DNA of 64,000 nt, taken from contig OZ024748.1 of assembly GCA_964016885.1 (NCBI GenBank), forward strand, positions 35,836,001 through 35,900,000, read 5' to 3'. Below the pieces are notes generated by a model. It made no database searches. It was not told the origin of the DNA and worked only from the letters and a program-made list of their open reading frames with translations. The first letter of the stretch is position 1. Each line of letters begins with the position of its first letter. The DNA is from Eledone cirrhosa. Lineage: Eukaryota. Shown one piece after another: positions 1 to 15,530 of this stretch. The position numbers and the translations under genes are program-made.

Positions 1-650
1 GTTGTTGTTGGTGGTGGTGTTGGTGGTGGTGGTGGTGTTGTTGTTGTTGGTGGCGGTGGTGGTGGTGTTGGTGGTGGTGGTGTTGTTGTTGTTGGGGGTG
101 GTGTTGGTGGTGGTGTTGTTGTTGTTGTTAGTGGTGGTGGTGGTGGTGTTGTTGGTGGTGTTGTCATTGTTGTTGTTGGTGGTGGTGGTGTTGTTGGTGG
201 TGTTGTCGTTGTTGTTGTTGTTGGCGGTGGTGGTGTTGTCGTTGTTGTTGTTGTTGGTGGTGGTGTAGTTGGTGGTGTTGTTGTTGTTGTTGGCGGTGGT
301 GGTGGTGTTGTTGTTGTTGTTGGTGGTGGTGGTGTTGTTGGTGTTGTTGTTGTTGTTGGTGGTGTTGGTGGTGGTGTTGTTGGTGGTGGTGTTGTTGTTG
401 TTGTTGTTATTGGCGGTGGTGGTGGTGGTGGTGTTGTTGTTGTTGGTGGTGGTGTTGTTCGTTGTATTGTTGTTGTTGGCGGTGGTGGCGGTGGTGGTGG
501 TGTTGGTGGTGTTGTTGTTGTTATTGATGTTGTTGGTGGTATTGTTGTTGCTGCTGCTGCTGCTGTTGTTATTATTGTTGTTGGGTTTTGTTAAAGTTAC
601 TGCTGCTGTTATTATTGTTATTGTTATTGTTGTTGTTGTTGTTATTGTTG
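1..650. repeat. (GTT/GTG)n trinucleotide low-complexity tract
   Basis: Direct reading; explains the poly-V/L ORFs 2..268 and 269..715. Confidence 0.95.
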
Positions 651-1444
651 CTGTTTCATCCGATGTCATTCCTGACCGCGGGGACACGTTCTCAAACCCA
701 TTCTACATTGTTTAATCTGTTCTTCCAATTTACAGACGTTAGACCGTGATAGAAGTAAGGTGGTTTCTATTTCTAGCAGACAGAGTGACCAGGTAAAAGG
801 CTCCTTCATTTACCTCCAACAAATTGTGAAACTATGTCGACCTTTATTTAAAAAAGGTGAACGATAAATATAAGTTAAGAAACAGTTTGATCTGTGAATG
901 GAAGACGTACGTACAGAACAGACAACTGAACAACTGCTCCAAGGCACCCTACGTAGTTCGATATTTTGATAAAGTAAATGGTAATCAATACTAGGTCAGG
1001 TGATTGTGTTAAGTAGATTGAGAGTGTTAACAGTGAAGATATCAACATCAACAGTTATTGAAGTAAATCATATTTTAGTTTGGAGAACACGATTGATGGG
1101 TCTGTCAGTTGGCGTTAATCTAGGAAAGCGTGCCTCTACGTCTGAGCGTGTGTATGTGTGTGAGTGAGTGGGTGTGTGTGTGAGAGAGAGAGTGTGTGTG
1201 TGTGTGTATGAGAGTATATATGTGCGTGTGCGTGTGTGAGTGAGTGGGTGTGTGTGTGAGAGAGAGTGTGTGTGTGTGTGTGTATGAGAGTATATATGTG
1301 TGTGTGTGTGTGAGAGTATCTATGTGTGAGTGTGTGTGTGTCTGACTATATGTGTGCGTGTGTGTTTCCTCGCGTGTCCCTCATTATATGCCTGATTAAA
1401 GATGGCGAGAAACGGTGCTTTTATGGCATAAATAACACACACAC

Positions 1445-1489
<45 letters not shown>

Positions 1490-1565
1490 CACACACACGC
1501 ATATAGAGGTATACATGAAGACATATATAAATATATAACACGTTTATATACAATAAACATATGCG

Positions 1566-1605
<40 letters not shown>

Positions 1606-1977
1606 GAGTGTGTGTGTCTGTGTGTCTGTGTATGTGTATATATAGGAGAGGGTGAAACATTTAAGTACGTTTCTTATCAGGCGAGGTGTAATTCAGATTG
1701 TCCATTATTGGCGGTGTTTAGATTCAGAATCACTCAAGTGAACATAAAGAGGATAAAATGGTGCTGAAAGTAACATGAAAGTCGCCATTTTCCTCTAATT
1801 ATTTAACAGAAATACAGAGAAGTTTCAATGGAAATCAATTTAATACGTTATAATATGTTATATGTTATTATAGGTTATGATGCGTTAAGAAGTGTAATAA
1901 TCAAGTAAATATTTTAGATATAAAGTTAAACCAATCGACATCTCTTTTAACCACAGCAAAACTTCAGTATAAGCAGT

Positions 1978-2110
1978 ATTGACAGAGTTGTTAGAACGTT
2001 GGATAGAATACATTGTAGTATTAGTTCCATCCCTCTACTCTCTGAGATCAAATCCCACCGAGGTCAACTTTACCGTTCATCAGTTCAAGGTCAATAAAAG
2101 AAATTACCAG
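1978..2110 (+). mobile_element. Degenerate tRNA-derived SINE
   Basis: ttgacagagttgttagaacg...ctgagatcaaatcccaccgaggtcaactttaccgttcatc resembles the better-preserved copy at 25990-26172. Confidence 0.6.
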
Positions 2111-3306
2111 TCTACTACTGAGGTCGGTTGTTCCTCTATATCTCTTTCTTACTTCAATTCCCTCACTTTCTCTATCCTTCTCTGGAAGAAATCTGCTGCT
2201 TTCAAACATAGAGATGAGATGGGCTCCGACAGGTTTTAAAATTCTTTTACTCCAGGAATAGGGAAGTTCATAATTATCAGGGAAGAATTTCAAGAATATG
2301 AGAATTCTTAGAACCTCACCTGTGCTAAGACAAATGATGAATGTTTGGTTTTACAAATTATTGATATGAACATATATCAAAGAATATTGATTAAACCATT
2401 ATGATACATTAATTAACCATATGTGTCATGTTTTAAACACCGAAGCACCAAAAGTTTTCACTTCAATGAAATATTTTACCCTGGTATCTTAACATGAAAG
2501 TAACATCTACCTGGCTTTAGAAAAATCAGCGATGTTAAATAAAATTGCTTCTCCGTAACTTTAGCATTCAAATAGTTATGCGATAAAGTTAAAGTTGACA
2601 AAAAATTGTTCATATATTTAGGTCGGAGAAAAAGAAAGAAAATATTGATACGCTTTTCCAATGCTGGGCCGTGATATGAGGAAATTTGTTTCTATTTCCT
2701 AGGATTAAAAAAAACAAAAATCTTCCAAAATAGAAACCTATTAAATTTGAACATCAAAGTATTCGCCATTTGTTAATATATTCACTCGAGTTGAAAGAAG
2801 AAGAGCTTCAGTGGGCATCAAAAGGAGTCTCACGTTTATATTGTTCATAATTCTCGAAATTTCGAAACCTGTTTTGAAATTGATCCAAAAGATTGAAACA
2901 GTTTATACCAAATTCTATCATTGTTTCTGGTTTCTCTTCTATTAATGTTCGATAATCGACAGCTCAGCAGTTTTCTCTTTCAGTTGAGTTACAAACAACT
3001 GCAGCATTGCTTTAAAGCTTATATTGGCAAGAAGAGAGGTCATAAACTAACTCGGCATTTCTAATGTCAAATGTAGATCAATTACATGGCCAGTTGTATC
3101 GTTCAAAAATGGCAACTCAATAATTGCTACGTGGTCACACGATCTGCTAGAAAAAGCAGCCAGACTTCCTCAGATAACATCTGTGAGAACGGAAATGATA
3201 CATTGAATAATATAGTATTCCATACTCTCAGAAAAGTGAGAGTACTCTCTTCCAAATGTTGTAGTTTGACCTAGACGGCACTAGCTAAGAATAGTTCCAT
3301 ACTTAC

Positions 3307-3481
3307 CATTGACTTTACTGTCACCCACCTGGACGAGAGCACCACACTCTCCACCCTCATCTTCCTTTCCAGGATGAAACTTGAAAAAGTCGGTGAGAGT
3401 CTGACCTAGGAGGAATGTATCTGTCTTCAGTCCATTCACTAATATGTCCCCACCAAAGCTCTTTCGCCATAACCGCCACAC
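3307..3481 (-). CDS. Probable internal exon of an unidentified host gene (VWRLWRKSFGGDILVNGLKTDTFLLGQTLTDFFKFHPGKEDEGGECGALVQVGDSKVN)
   Basis: Minus-strand acceptor ttttcttag|G and consensus donor ATG|gtaagt; 175 nt; only one frame is open; complex, GC-richer sequence within AT-rich DNA. Confidence 0.65.
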
Positions 3482-3567
3482 CTAAGAAAACTGCTCACCT
3501 TTCCCGTTAACAACAAGAAAAAAAAACACAACAAATCCAATAACATGATAACAATAATAATAATAAT

Positions 3568-4175
3568 TGTTTCTACTATTGGCACAAGGCCAGCAATTAC
3601 CCAGTACATTACTGGTACTTTATTTTATCGACCCCGTAAGGATGAAAGGCAGAGTTAACCTCGGCGGGATTTGAACTCAGAATGGCAAGGGCCGTAACTC
3701 TATGCGTCAAAGCATGGCGTCCGACCCTCTACCGATACTGCCAATTCACCGATAACAATAATAATAATAATTGTTTATACTTTAGGCACAAGGCCAGCAA
3801 TTACCCAGTTCATTACTGGTACTTTATTTTATCGACCCCGTAAGGATGAAAGGCAAAGTCAACCTCGGCGGGATTTGAACTCAGATCGTAAAGGGATGTA
3901 ACTATGCTGGAAAGCATGGCGTCCGACCCTCTACCGATACTGCCAATCCACCCCCCATAATAATAATAATGATTTCTGATTTAAGCACAAGGCCAACAAT
4001 TTCAGGGAAGGGGAAAGTTGATTAAATCGACCCCAGTACATTACTGGTATTTTATTTCATCAACCTCGTAAGGATGAAAGGCAAAGCTAACCTCAGCGGG
4101 ATTTGAACTCAAAATGTAAAGGACCGTAACTATATGCCACAAAGCCTCTTGTCCGACACTCTACCGATTCTGCCA
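3568..4175 (-). mobile_element. Three tandem copies of a tRNA-derived SINE separated by (AAT)n
   Basis: Units at about 3568-3750, 3770-3955 and 3972-4175. On the minus strand each has A-box-like TGGCAGTATCGG (TGGCAGAATCGG in the third) and B-box GAGTTCAAATCCC. Confidence 0.85.
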
Positions 4176-4365
4176 TGATAATAATACTAATGATATCAGG
4201 ATCACCCGTTAAATGTTAACCTCAGATAATATTTCTTGGTTGTTCTGTTAGTAATCTTGATTCTTAAACAGTTAAAGAAAAACTGGAATATGATGTATTG
4301 CATAAGAGAAAATAAAGGAAAACATTTGATTGTTTTATAAACGAATTATATATCATTCATATCTG

Positions 4366-4439
<74 letters not shown>

Positions 4440-4963
4440 TATGGGTATATATATGGATATGGGTATATATATAAGTGAATATATATATGTGTGTGTGTAT
4501 GTATATGTATAAACACTCATATATTCATGCATACACATATACATATTATTTACAAACACATACACATATATATACAGGAGCTGTGTAAAAGAACTAGGAT
4601 TAACATGAAACATATTTTATTTATGGTGGTAGTAGTAGTGGTGGTGGTGGTATTGGTGGTGGTAGTGGTGGTAGTTGTAGTAGTAGTGGCGGTGGTAATA
4701 GTGGTGGATCGGTGAACTTAACCTTACTCAGTGTTTTTACTGTTCGTCTATTCTAAACTTTTACTGTTTTTTTCCTTAATTCTATTCTGTTATATTTTTA
4801 TGTTGTTTCATGGAATTGAGGAAAAAATTGTATTTATTCAAAATATTTGTAAATCCGCCATCTTAAGTTGAGTTTCTGGTTCATAATCCTTCGATTAATC
4901 ACTCTATAATAGTGTGATTGAGTAAAATATAATCATATACAATTTTATAATACATCAGTATGT

Positions 4964-5031
<68 letters not shown>

Positions 5032-5036
5032 ATGTG

Positions 5037-8000
5037 TGTTTGTGTCTATGAGTGTATATATATGCTATATACTTGAGAGTGTGTGTGGGTGTATATATGT
5101 GTGTTTGTGTCTATGTGTGTGTATATATGCTATATATTTGAGAGTGTGTGGGTGTATATATGTGTGTTTGTGTCTGTGTGTGTATATATACTATATACTT
5201 GAGTGTGTATGGGTGTATATATGTGTGTTTGTGTCTATGTGTGTGTATATATGCTATATATTTGAGAGTGTGTGTGGGTGTATATATGTGTGTTTGTGTC
5301 TATGTGTGTGTATATATACTATATACTTGAGAGTGTGTATGGGTGTATATATGTGTGTTTGTGTCTATGTGTGTGTATATATGCTATATATTTGAGAGTG
5401 TGTGTGGGTGTATATATGTGTGTTTGTGTCTGTGTGTGTATATATGCTATATATTTGAGAGTGTGTGGGTGTATATATGTGTGTTTGTGTCTATGTGTGT
5501 GTATATATGCTATATACTTGAGAGTGTGTGTGGGTGTATATATTTGTGTTTGTGTCTATGTGTGTGTATATATGCTATATATTTGAGAGTGTGTATGGGT
5601 GTATATATGTGTGTTTGTGTCTATGTGTGTGTATATATGCAATATGTTTGAGAGTGTGTGTGGGTGTATATATGTGTGTTTGTGTCTATGTGTGTGTATA
5701 TATGCTATATACTTGAGAGTGTGTGTGGGTGTATATACGTGGGTTTGTGTCTGTGTGTGTGTATATATGCTATATATTTGAGAGTGTGTGTGGGTGTATA
5801 TATGTGTGTTTGTGTCTATGTGTATGTATATATGCTATATACTTGAGAGTGTGTGTGGGTGTATATATGTGGGTTTGTGTCTGTGTGTGTGTATATATGC
5901 TATATATTTGAGAGTGTGTGTGGGTGTATATATGTGTTTGTGTCTAAGTGTGTATATATGCTATATACTTGAGAGTGTGTATGGGTGTATATATGTGTGT
6001 TTGTGTCTATGTGTGTGTATATATGCTATATATTTGAGAGTGTGTATGGGTGTATATATGTGTGTTTGTGTCTATGTGAATGTATATATGCTATATATTT
6101 GAGAGTGTGTGGGTGTATATATGTGTGTTTGTGTCTGTGTGTGTGTATATATGCTATATATTTGAGAGTGTGTGTGGGTGTATATATGTGTGTTTGTGTC
6201 TAAGTGTGTGTATATATAGTATATACTTGAGAGTCTGTGTGGGTGTATATATGTGTGTTTGTGTCTATGTGTGTGTATGTATGCTATATATTTGAGAGTG
6301 TGTGGGTGTATATATGTGTGTGAGTGTCTATGTGTGTGTATATATGCTATATACTTGAGAGTGTGTATGGGTGTATATATGTGTGTTTGTGTCTATGTGC
6401 GTATATATATGCTATATATTTGAGAGTGTGTATGGGTGTATATATGTGTGTTTGTGTCTATGTGTGTGTATATATGCTATATACTTGAGAGTGTGTGTGG
6501 GTGTATATATGTGTGTTTGTGTCTGTGTGTGTATATATGCTATATATTTGAGAGTGTGTGGGTGTATATATGTGTGTTTGTGTCTATGTGTGTGTATATA
6601 TGCTATATATTTGAGATTGTGTGGGTGTATATATATGTGTTTGTGTCTATGTGTGTGTACATATGCTATATATTTGAGAGTGTGTGTGGGTGTATATATG
6701 TGTGTTTGTGTCTATTTGTGTGTATATATGCTATATACTTGAGAGTGTGTGTGGGTGTATATATGTGCGTTTGTGTCTATGTGTGTGTATATATGCTATA
6801 TATTTGAGTGTGTGTATGGGTGTATATATGTGTGTTTGTGTCTATGTGCGTATATATATGCTATATATCTGAGAGTGTGTATGGGTGTATATATGTGTGT
6901 TTGTGTCTATGTGTGTGTATATATGCTATATATTTGAGAGTGTGTGGGTGTATATATGTGTGTTTGTGTTTATGTGTGTGTATATATGCTATATATTTGA
7001 GAGTGTGTGGGTGTATATATGTGCGTTTGTGTCTATGTGTGTGTATATATGCTATATATTTGAGAGTGTGTGGGTGTATATATGTGTGTTTGTGTCTATT
7101 TGTGTGTATATATGCTATATACTTGAGAGTGTGTGGGTGTATATATGTGTGTTTGTGTCTATGTGTGTGTATATATGCTATATATTTGAGAGTGTGTGTG
7201 GGTGTATATATGTGTGTTTGTGTCTATGTGTGTGTATATATGCTATATATTTGAGAGTTTGTGTGGGTGTATATATGTGTGTTTGTGTCTATGTGTGTGT
7301 ATATATGCTATATATTTGAGTGTGTGTGTGGGTGTATATATGTGTGTTTGTGTCTATGTGTGTGTATATATACAATATATTTGAGAGTGTGTGGGTGTAT
7401 ATATGTGTGTTTGTGTCTGTGTGTGTGTATATATGCTATATATTTGAGATTGTGTGGGTGTATATATGTGTGTTTGTGTCTATCTGTGTATATATATGCT
7501 ATATATTTGAGAGTGTGTGTGGGTGTATATATGTGTGTTTGTGTCTATGTGTGTGTATATATGCTATATATTTGAGAGTGTGTGTGGGTGTATATATGTG
7601 TGTTTGTGTCTAAGTCTGTGTATATATAGTATATACTTGAGAATGTGTATGGGTGTATATATGTGTGTGTGTGTCTATGTGTGTGTATATATGCTATATA
7701 TTTGAGAGTGTGTGTGGGTGTATATATGTGTGTTTGTGTCTATGTGTGTGTATATATGCAATATATTTGAGAGTGTGTGGGTGTATATATGTGTGTTTGT
7801 GTCTAAGTGTGTGTATATATAGTATATACTTGAGAGTGTGTATGGGTGTATATATGTGTGTGTGTGTCTATGTGTGTGTATATATGCTATATATTTGAGA
7901 GTGTGTGTGGGTGTATATATGTGTGTTTGTGTCTATGTGTATGTATATATGCTATATATTTAAGAGTGTGTGGGTGTATATATGTGTGTTTGTGTCTAAG

Positions 8001-9252
8001 TGTGTGTATATATAGTATATACTTGAGAGTGTGTATGGGTGTATATATGTGTGTGTGTGTCTATGTGTGTGTATATATGCTATATATTTGAGAGTGTATG
8101 TGGGTGTATATATGTGTGTTTGTGTCTATGTGTGTGTATATATGCTATATATTTGAGAGTGTGTGGGTGTATATATGTGTGTGTGTCTATGTGTGTGTAT
8201 ATATACTATATACTTGAGAGTGTGTATGGGTGTATATATGTGTGTTTGTGTCTATGTGTGTGTATATATGCTATATATTTGAGAGTGTGTATGGGTGTAT
8301 ATATGTGTGTTTGTGTCTATGTGTGTGTATATATGCTATATATTTGAGAGTGTGTATGGGTGTATATATGTGTGTTTGTGTCTATGTGTGTGTATATATG
8401 CTATATATTTGAGTGTGTGTGGGTGTATATATGTGTGTTTGTGTCTATGTGTGTGTATATATGCTATATATTTGAGAGTGTGTGGGTGTATATATGTGTG
8501 TGTGTGTCTATGTGTGTGTATATATGCTATATATTTGAGAGTGTGTGGGTGTATATATGTGTGTTTGTGTCTATGTGTGTGTATATATGCTATATATTTG
8601 AGAGTGTGTGTGGGTGTATATATGTGTGTTTGTGTCTATGTGTGTGTATATACGCTATATATTTAAGTGTGTGTGGGTGTATATATGTGTGTTTGTGTCT
8701 ATGTGTGTGTATATATGCTATATATTTGAGAGTGTGTGGGTGTATATATGTGTGTGTGTGTCTATGTGTGTGTATATATGCTATATATTTGAGAGTGTGT
8801 GGGTGTATATATGTGTTTGTGTCTATGTGTGTGTATATATGCTATATATTTGAGAGTGTGTGTGGGTGTATATATGTGTGTTTGTGTCTATGTGTGTGTA
8901 TATATACTATATACTTGAGAGTGTGTATGGGTGTATATATGTGTGTTTGTGTCTATGTGTGTGTGTATATATGCTATATACTTGAGAGTGTGTGTGGGTG
9001 TATATATGTTTTTGTGTCTATGTGTGTATATATATACTTGAGAGTGTGTGTGGGTGTATATATGTGTGTTTGTGTATATATATACTATATACTTGAGAGT
9101 GTGTATGGGTGTATATATGTGTGTTTGTGTCTATGTGTGTGTATATATGCTATATATTTGAGAGTGTTTGTGGGTGTATTTATGTGTGTTTGTGTCGATG
9201 TGTGTGTATATATGCAATATATTTGAGAGTGTGTGGGTGTATATATGTGTGT
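5037..9252. repeat. 63/65-bp minisatellite, about 65 copies
   Basis: Unit gagagtgtgt(gt)gggtgtatatatgtgtgtttgtgtctatgtgtgtgtatatatgctatatattt; explains the C/V/Y/I ORFs. Confidence 0.95.
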
Positions 9253-9467
9253 ATGTCACCGAAAGATCCTGGAGAAAAACGGAATAGTTTCGAAATGTGT
9301 CTCAAGAAAAATATTGTTAGGTTGGGAGTTTCTCAATATCGACTCCCGAATCGTCAGTTCATCAGGTATGATGAGGAAAAAAATTATAATTACACATGCA
9401 CTCCTCTCTCTCTCACTCTTTGTCACAAGTACATTCAAACCCCTCTCTCTCTCTCTCTTACACTCTC

Positions 9468-9540
<73 letters not shown>

Positions 9541-9699
9541 ACACACACACACAACTGTAACACTTCTTTACTACATTACACCTCAGTTTTCAGCTACTTC
9601 ACACCAAATCTCCACCAATTCACCCCGAAACCTATTAAGTCTGTCACATCTTAAATGTTTAATATCGTACGTTGATTTAAACAAACTATTTCCAAGCAA

Positions 9700-9885
9700 A
9701 GACAACAACAATGACAACAACAACAATGACGAGGGTGATAATGAGAACAACAACGAAGACAACAACAATGACAACAACAACAATAACATCGACGATGACA
9801 ACAGCAACAACATTGACAACAATGACGAAGGTGACAATGAGAACAACAACGAAGACAACAACAACGAAGACAACAACAATAATGA
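9700..9885. repeat. (AAC/GAC)n tract with an internal duplication
   Basis: Direct reading. Confidence 0.85.
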
Positions 9886-10316
9886 CGTCATGGCTTTAAG
9901 ACTTTTGTTTATAGGTTTGCTCTATTATTAACAACAAATTTCGATATGTTTTAACATTTTGAGAGTCAAACATTTTTTTCGTCTTTATTTGGAAATACAT
10001 TCAAGATGGAAGAAGACAAGTCACACAACACAACACAACACACAACACACAACACACAACACACAAAACAAGACACACAACACACAAAATAAGTCACACA
10101 ACACACAAAACAAGTCACACAACACACAACACAAGTCACACAACACAAAACACACAACTCATAAAACACAACACAATAAACAGAACACAAAACACAACAA
10201 ACAAAACCAAATAAATAAATGAAAGCAGAAGAATTGACGCCATTTTGAAAGCTGGAACTATAAGAAAATAAAACACATTTTGACTCTAATGTTAGTATAT
10301 GACATTGTACACAGTG

Positions 10317-10906
<590 letters not shown>

Positions 10907-10912
<6 letters not shown>

Positions 10913-11108
10913 GTGGTTACACAACAGTTAGTTCACCATACCGAGAACAATTGTTTCACCTTAGCGGATCCTCACCTCGTAATCGGCTAACGTGAAACAA
11001 TTGTTCTCGGTATGGTGAAGTAACTGTTGTGTAACCACTTCTACCTAACTCGCCCCATGGACTGAGTGTTCTACCACTACGGATATTACCTTCCAGTGTT
11101 CTACCACT
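10907..11108. mobile_element. Fold-back PLE-end element in (TA)n
   Basis: Inverted arms at about 10907-10959 and 10992-11043; each carries GAAA-caattg-TT; bulged hairpin at 11048-11067. Confidence 0.7.
10942..10979 (-). ncRNA. Minimal type I hammerhead ribozyme (core mutated)
   Basis: cgag GTGAGGA tccgctaaggt GAAA caattg TT ctcg: 4-bp stem I and palindromic stem III; C3 is replaced by G. Confidence 0.6.
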
Positions 11109-11454
11109 ATATATATATATATACATATATAGACACATACACATATACACACACATAAACACAGATACACACATATACACATTCATACACTGATACATGG
11201 ATATATAGAAATACAAACACAGGCACATACATATACAGATGTACTCACACATACATACCCACACACATATGTACATACACATACCCACATACACACATAC
11301 GTACATACACATACCCACATATATAACTATAACACAAGGAAACATAAATATATTTTTTACCACATTTCTTTAGTTTCTGGTTAACATGGTGTATGTGAAA
11401 GAGAGAGACAGAAAGAGAGAGACAGAAAGAGAGAGACAGAAAGAGAGAGACAGA

Positions 11455-11486
<32 letters not shown>

Positions 11487-11719
11487 CAGGTTGATACCGG
11501 TGTACACTGGGACACAACAAAACTGACAGAGACAAGTTATACTGCAACATCGGAGGTGTGGAGAGAGGAGGCTGGTATCCATGTGGGATTGGTGGTCTTC
11601 CACAAACAACCTTGCCCTGAGTTGTATCTCGGAGGGGAACTTTCTTGGTGCAAATCTCATGGTCATTGGTGACCGAAGGCGGGTCTTTCCCCTTCACACT
11701 TTAATCTTAATATATAGAT

Positions 11720-12388
11720 GTGTATAATGTGTATAAATGTGTATAATGTTTATGAATGTGTATAATGTTTATGAATGTGTATAAATGTTTATGAATGTTT
11801 ATGAATGTTTATGAATGTTTATAAATGTTTATGAATGTTTATGAATGTTTATGAATGTTTATAAATGTTTATGAATGTTTATGAATGTTTATAAATGTGT
11901 ATAATGTTTATGAATGTGTATAAATGTTTATAAATGTTTATAAATGTTTATAAATGTTTATGAATGTTTATAAATGTTTATAAATGTTTATAAATGTTTA
12001 TAAATGTTTATGAATGTTTATAAATGTTTATAAATGTTTATAAATGTTTATAAATGTTTATGAATGTTTATGAATGTTTATGAATGTTTATGAATGTGTA
12101 TAAATGTTTATGAATGTGTATAAATGTTTATAAATGTTTATGAATGTTTATGAATGTTTATGAATGTTTATGAATGTTTATGAATGTTTATGAATGTTTA
12201 TAAATGTTTATAAATGTTTATAAATGTTTATAAATGTTTATAAATGTTTATGAATGTTTATGAATGTTAATAAATGTTTATGAATGTTTATAAATGTTTA
12301 TAAATGTTTATGAATGTTTATAAATGTTTATGAATGTTTATGAATGTGTATAAATGTTTATGAATGTTTATAAATGTGTATAAATGTT
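11720..12388. repeat. 10-bp tandem repeat (aatgtttatr)n
   Basis: Direct reading. Confidence 0.95.
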
Positions 12389-13708
12389 AATTTATGTTCC
12401 TAGTTGTAGGTCATAGGTTTGTACTTTTGGAAGATGAAATGTTTCACAGTCACCCCCCCCCCTACACACACACACACACACACACTTTGAAATGTAGAAG
12501 GCTACAAGATGTGTAAATTAGTCTTTCGAGATTATCGTTTCCTCAAGCACATTGGGGGAAAACTACTAATTAGAAAAATATTTCATTTAGAGTAATTATT
12601 TTAATTAGCAAGGTAATTTTTTTAAAGTATGTTTTCCTTGGAGAAAACAAAAAATAAAAAAAAAATAAACACTAGGGTAAATTTATTTTAGTTATCATTT
12701 TTTTGTTTATTTTCACGAATCACAAATTGAATTTTGTTGACTTCTTTAACCGATTGAAGATTGTTGACTTATTTACAAGAATTCATCGAAAATATAGGGA
12801 ATACGTTTGATTATAATTTAGATATGAACAAACCCGGGAAAGACCGGGTGCGACTGCTTATATATATATATATATATATCAGCAGCTGCATATATAATCG
12901 AACCCAGTAATGGACTGTTACTGTTTGATCGACCTCGAAAATATAAAGACAAAATTGATCACAGTGGGATTTGAACACAGAGAGGGGCGAGCCAGAACAA
13001 ACCCCATCACAAATCATTCTCTCCGACGCTCTAACGACTCAGTTTAGCCACACTATACATATAGATAACAATAAAATAACATATGAAAGGTTATATAATT
13101 GAATATAGCATGTTATATACATTTCATATCAGAAATATAACATGATATACCGTGGTATAAATATAACATCAGAAATACAACGTAAAATGTTATATATATA
13201 TATATATATATCATATCAGAAATATAACATAATGTAATGTTATATATATGATATCAGAAATACAACATAATATAACATGTTATATATATATAATATGTTA
13301 TATCAGTAATATATCATATTATAACATGCTGTAAACATAGTTATTAATTCATGTCATACAATATAACATAGATAATTAAGGCTGCAAATGTAAACGACAA
13401 TAAAATAGAAAATATACCATTAGCAGACATTTTATGACATTTAAACAATTGTAAATATCATATATGTACAAACAACTGACAGATACACACCCACATATAT
13501 ATATACACAGACACACATACACACATATTCATATATACACAGACACTCATATATACACACACACATATGCACAGACACACATTTACAGCTAGTTTTAAAG
13601 ACACAGGTATCAGATCTCTTGTAGAATGTTGTGTGTGTGTATATGCATAGACGCCTGTGTGTATGAATCCATTTACTAATATGTTTATGTGTGTATGTTT
13701 GTATATGA

Positions 13709-13845
13709 AGGCGGCGAATTGGGGGATACAATCTCCTTGCAGTACTCGTTCTGGTTCTCTGCTCTCTGAGTTCAAACACCACCGAGGTGAAGTTGGCCTT
13801 TTATCCGTTCAAGGTCGATAGTACCAGTTAAGTACTGGGGTCAAT
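13709..13845 (+). mobile_element. Degenerate tRNA-derived SINE
   Basis: ggcggcgaattgg...ctgagttcaaacaccaccgaggtgaagttggccttttatccg...gtaccagttaagtactggggtc. Confidence 0.6.
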
Positions 13846-14008
13846 TCTTCTCTATATCTCTCACTTCCATCCTCTCTCTCACTGATTTTCCTTTTCTGGT
13901 AAAGAGATGGGCTCCATCGGGTATTAAAAAAACGCCCTAGAAACGCCGTAAGTCAACACGACAACCGCGAGAATTTACGGGGTCATCCATTCATGTTTGC
14001 ATATACAC

Positions 14009-14043
<35 letters not shown>

Positions 14044-14617
14044 CCTCTCTCTCCCTCTCTCTCCCCTCCCCTCCCCCTCTCTCTCCCCCTCTCTCTCCCC
14101 CTATCTCCCCTCCCCTCTCCCCCTCTCTCTCTCTGTGGTATTTATGTAAGACAGGGAATTGAACCTTTGACCTTTGAGTTAATCTGGAGGCTTTTTCATT
14201 TGTTTTCCATATATTTCGTTGGATTTTCATTAATAGGGAATTACTGAATGTCTGCTTGAACGAATGATTGAATACAAAAATGGTGGAATGGTGGAATATA
14301 GGAATGATGGAGTAGATGAAAGGACGAGTTGTTGAATTTAAAAGTCAAATATGTGAATATATGAATATTTATGAAGATTAAACAGCTGTTGAACATGAGA
14401 GACAGGAGAAATACATACAACAACAACAACAACAACAACAACAATAACAATAACAACAATTATTACAACAACAGTAACAATTACAGTAACAACAATTGCA
14501 GCAGAACAACAGGAGAGGATTGTTGTGTGGAACATTAAAACAAAATATCACACACACACATATATATATATATATATAAAGAAAGGATCAAGGTATAATT
14601 TACCTTATATATATATA

Positions 14618-14784
14618 ACGAAGGAAATGTGGTAAGGAACCAGGTGGACCATAATGCACCAAAGTACTCAATACTTAGAGTAGTAGAGTGGGTAATAGGA
14701 ACGAGTAGGACCCCGACGGCTGGGCTCAAGCCGTTTCGACGGCTAATTCTGGACTATTTTAGCTTGAGCTCAGCCGTCGGGGTT
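14618..14784 (-). mobile_element. Short PLE-end family with terminal inversion (other copies at 25357-25432, 26966-27152, 30178-30355)
   Basis: Four homologous copies, each bounded by (TA)n. Three carry the HHR 3' half GAAA-cggct-loop-agccg-TC-gggg in varying states of decay; all carry a version of the bulged hairpin actc-tac..gta-tt-gagt. Confidence 0.75.
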
Positions 14785-15056
14785 ATATATATATATATAT
14801 ATATATGTGTGTATATATATATGTATATATATATATATGTGTGTATATATATATATGTATATATATGTATATGTATGTATGTATATATATGTATATATAT
14901 GTATGTATATATATGTATATATATGTATATATGTATGTATATATATGTATATATATATATGTATATATATGTATATATATATATGTATATATATATGTAT
15001 ATATATGTATATATATATGTATATATATGTATATATATATATATATATGTATATAC

Positions 15057-15088
<32 letters not shown>

Positions 15089-15119
15089 GTATATATATAT
15101 ATATGTATATATATATACG

Positions 15120-15357
<238 letters not shown>

Positions 15358-15491
15358 CTATAGGCTTGATTAAGTTAGTCAGAGGTTGAAAATCTAAATA
15401 AACTACTCAGAGCTAAAAATAGTTATTGAGGTGATAAATTATATCGCAGTGATTAATATAGAAATAATACACTATAATATCCCTCCCCCCC

Positions 15492-15530
<39 letters not shown>

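Noticed and set aside
9290-9375. Minus-strand CTGATGA/CTGACGA with downstream GAAA
   Set aside because: Could not form consistent stems I and III.
5036-9931. Long Cys/Val/Tyr/Ile-rich ORFs
   Set aside because: Translations of the 63/65-bp minisatellite in all frames.
11490-11700. Possible exon or LINE/SINE tail
   Set aside because: Single copy in the window, with no clear splice pair or recognisable protein motif.
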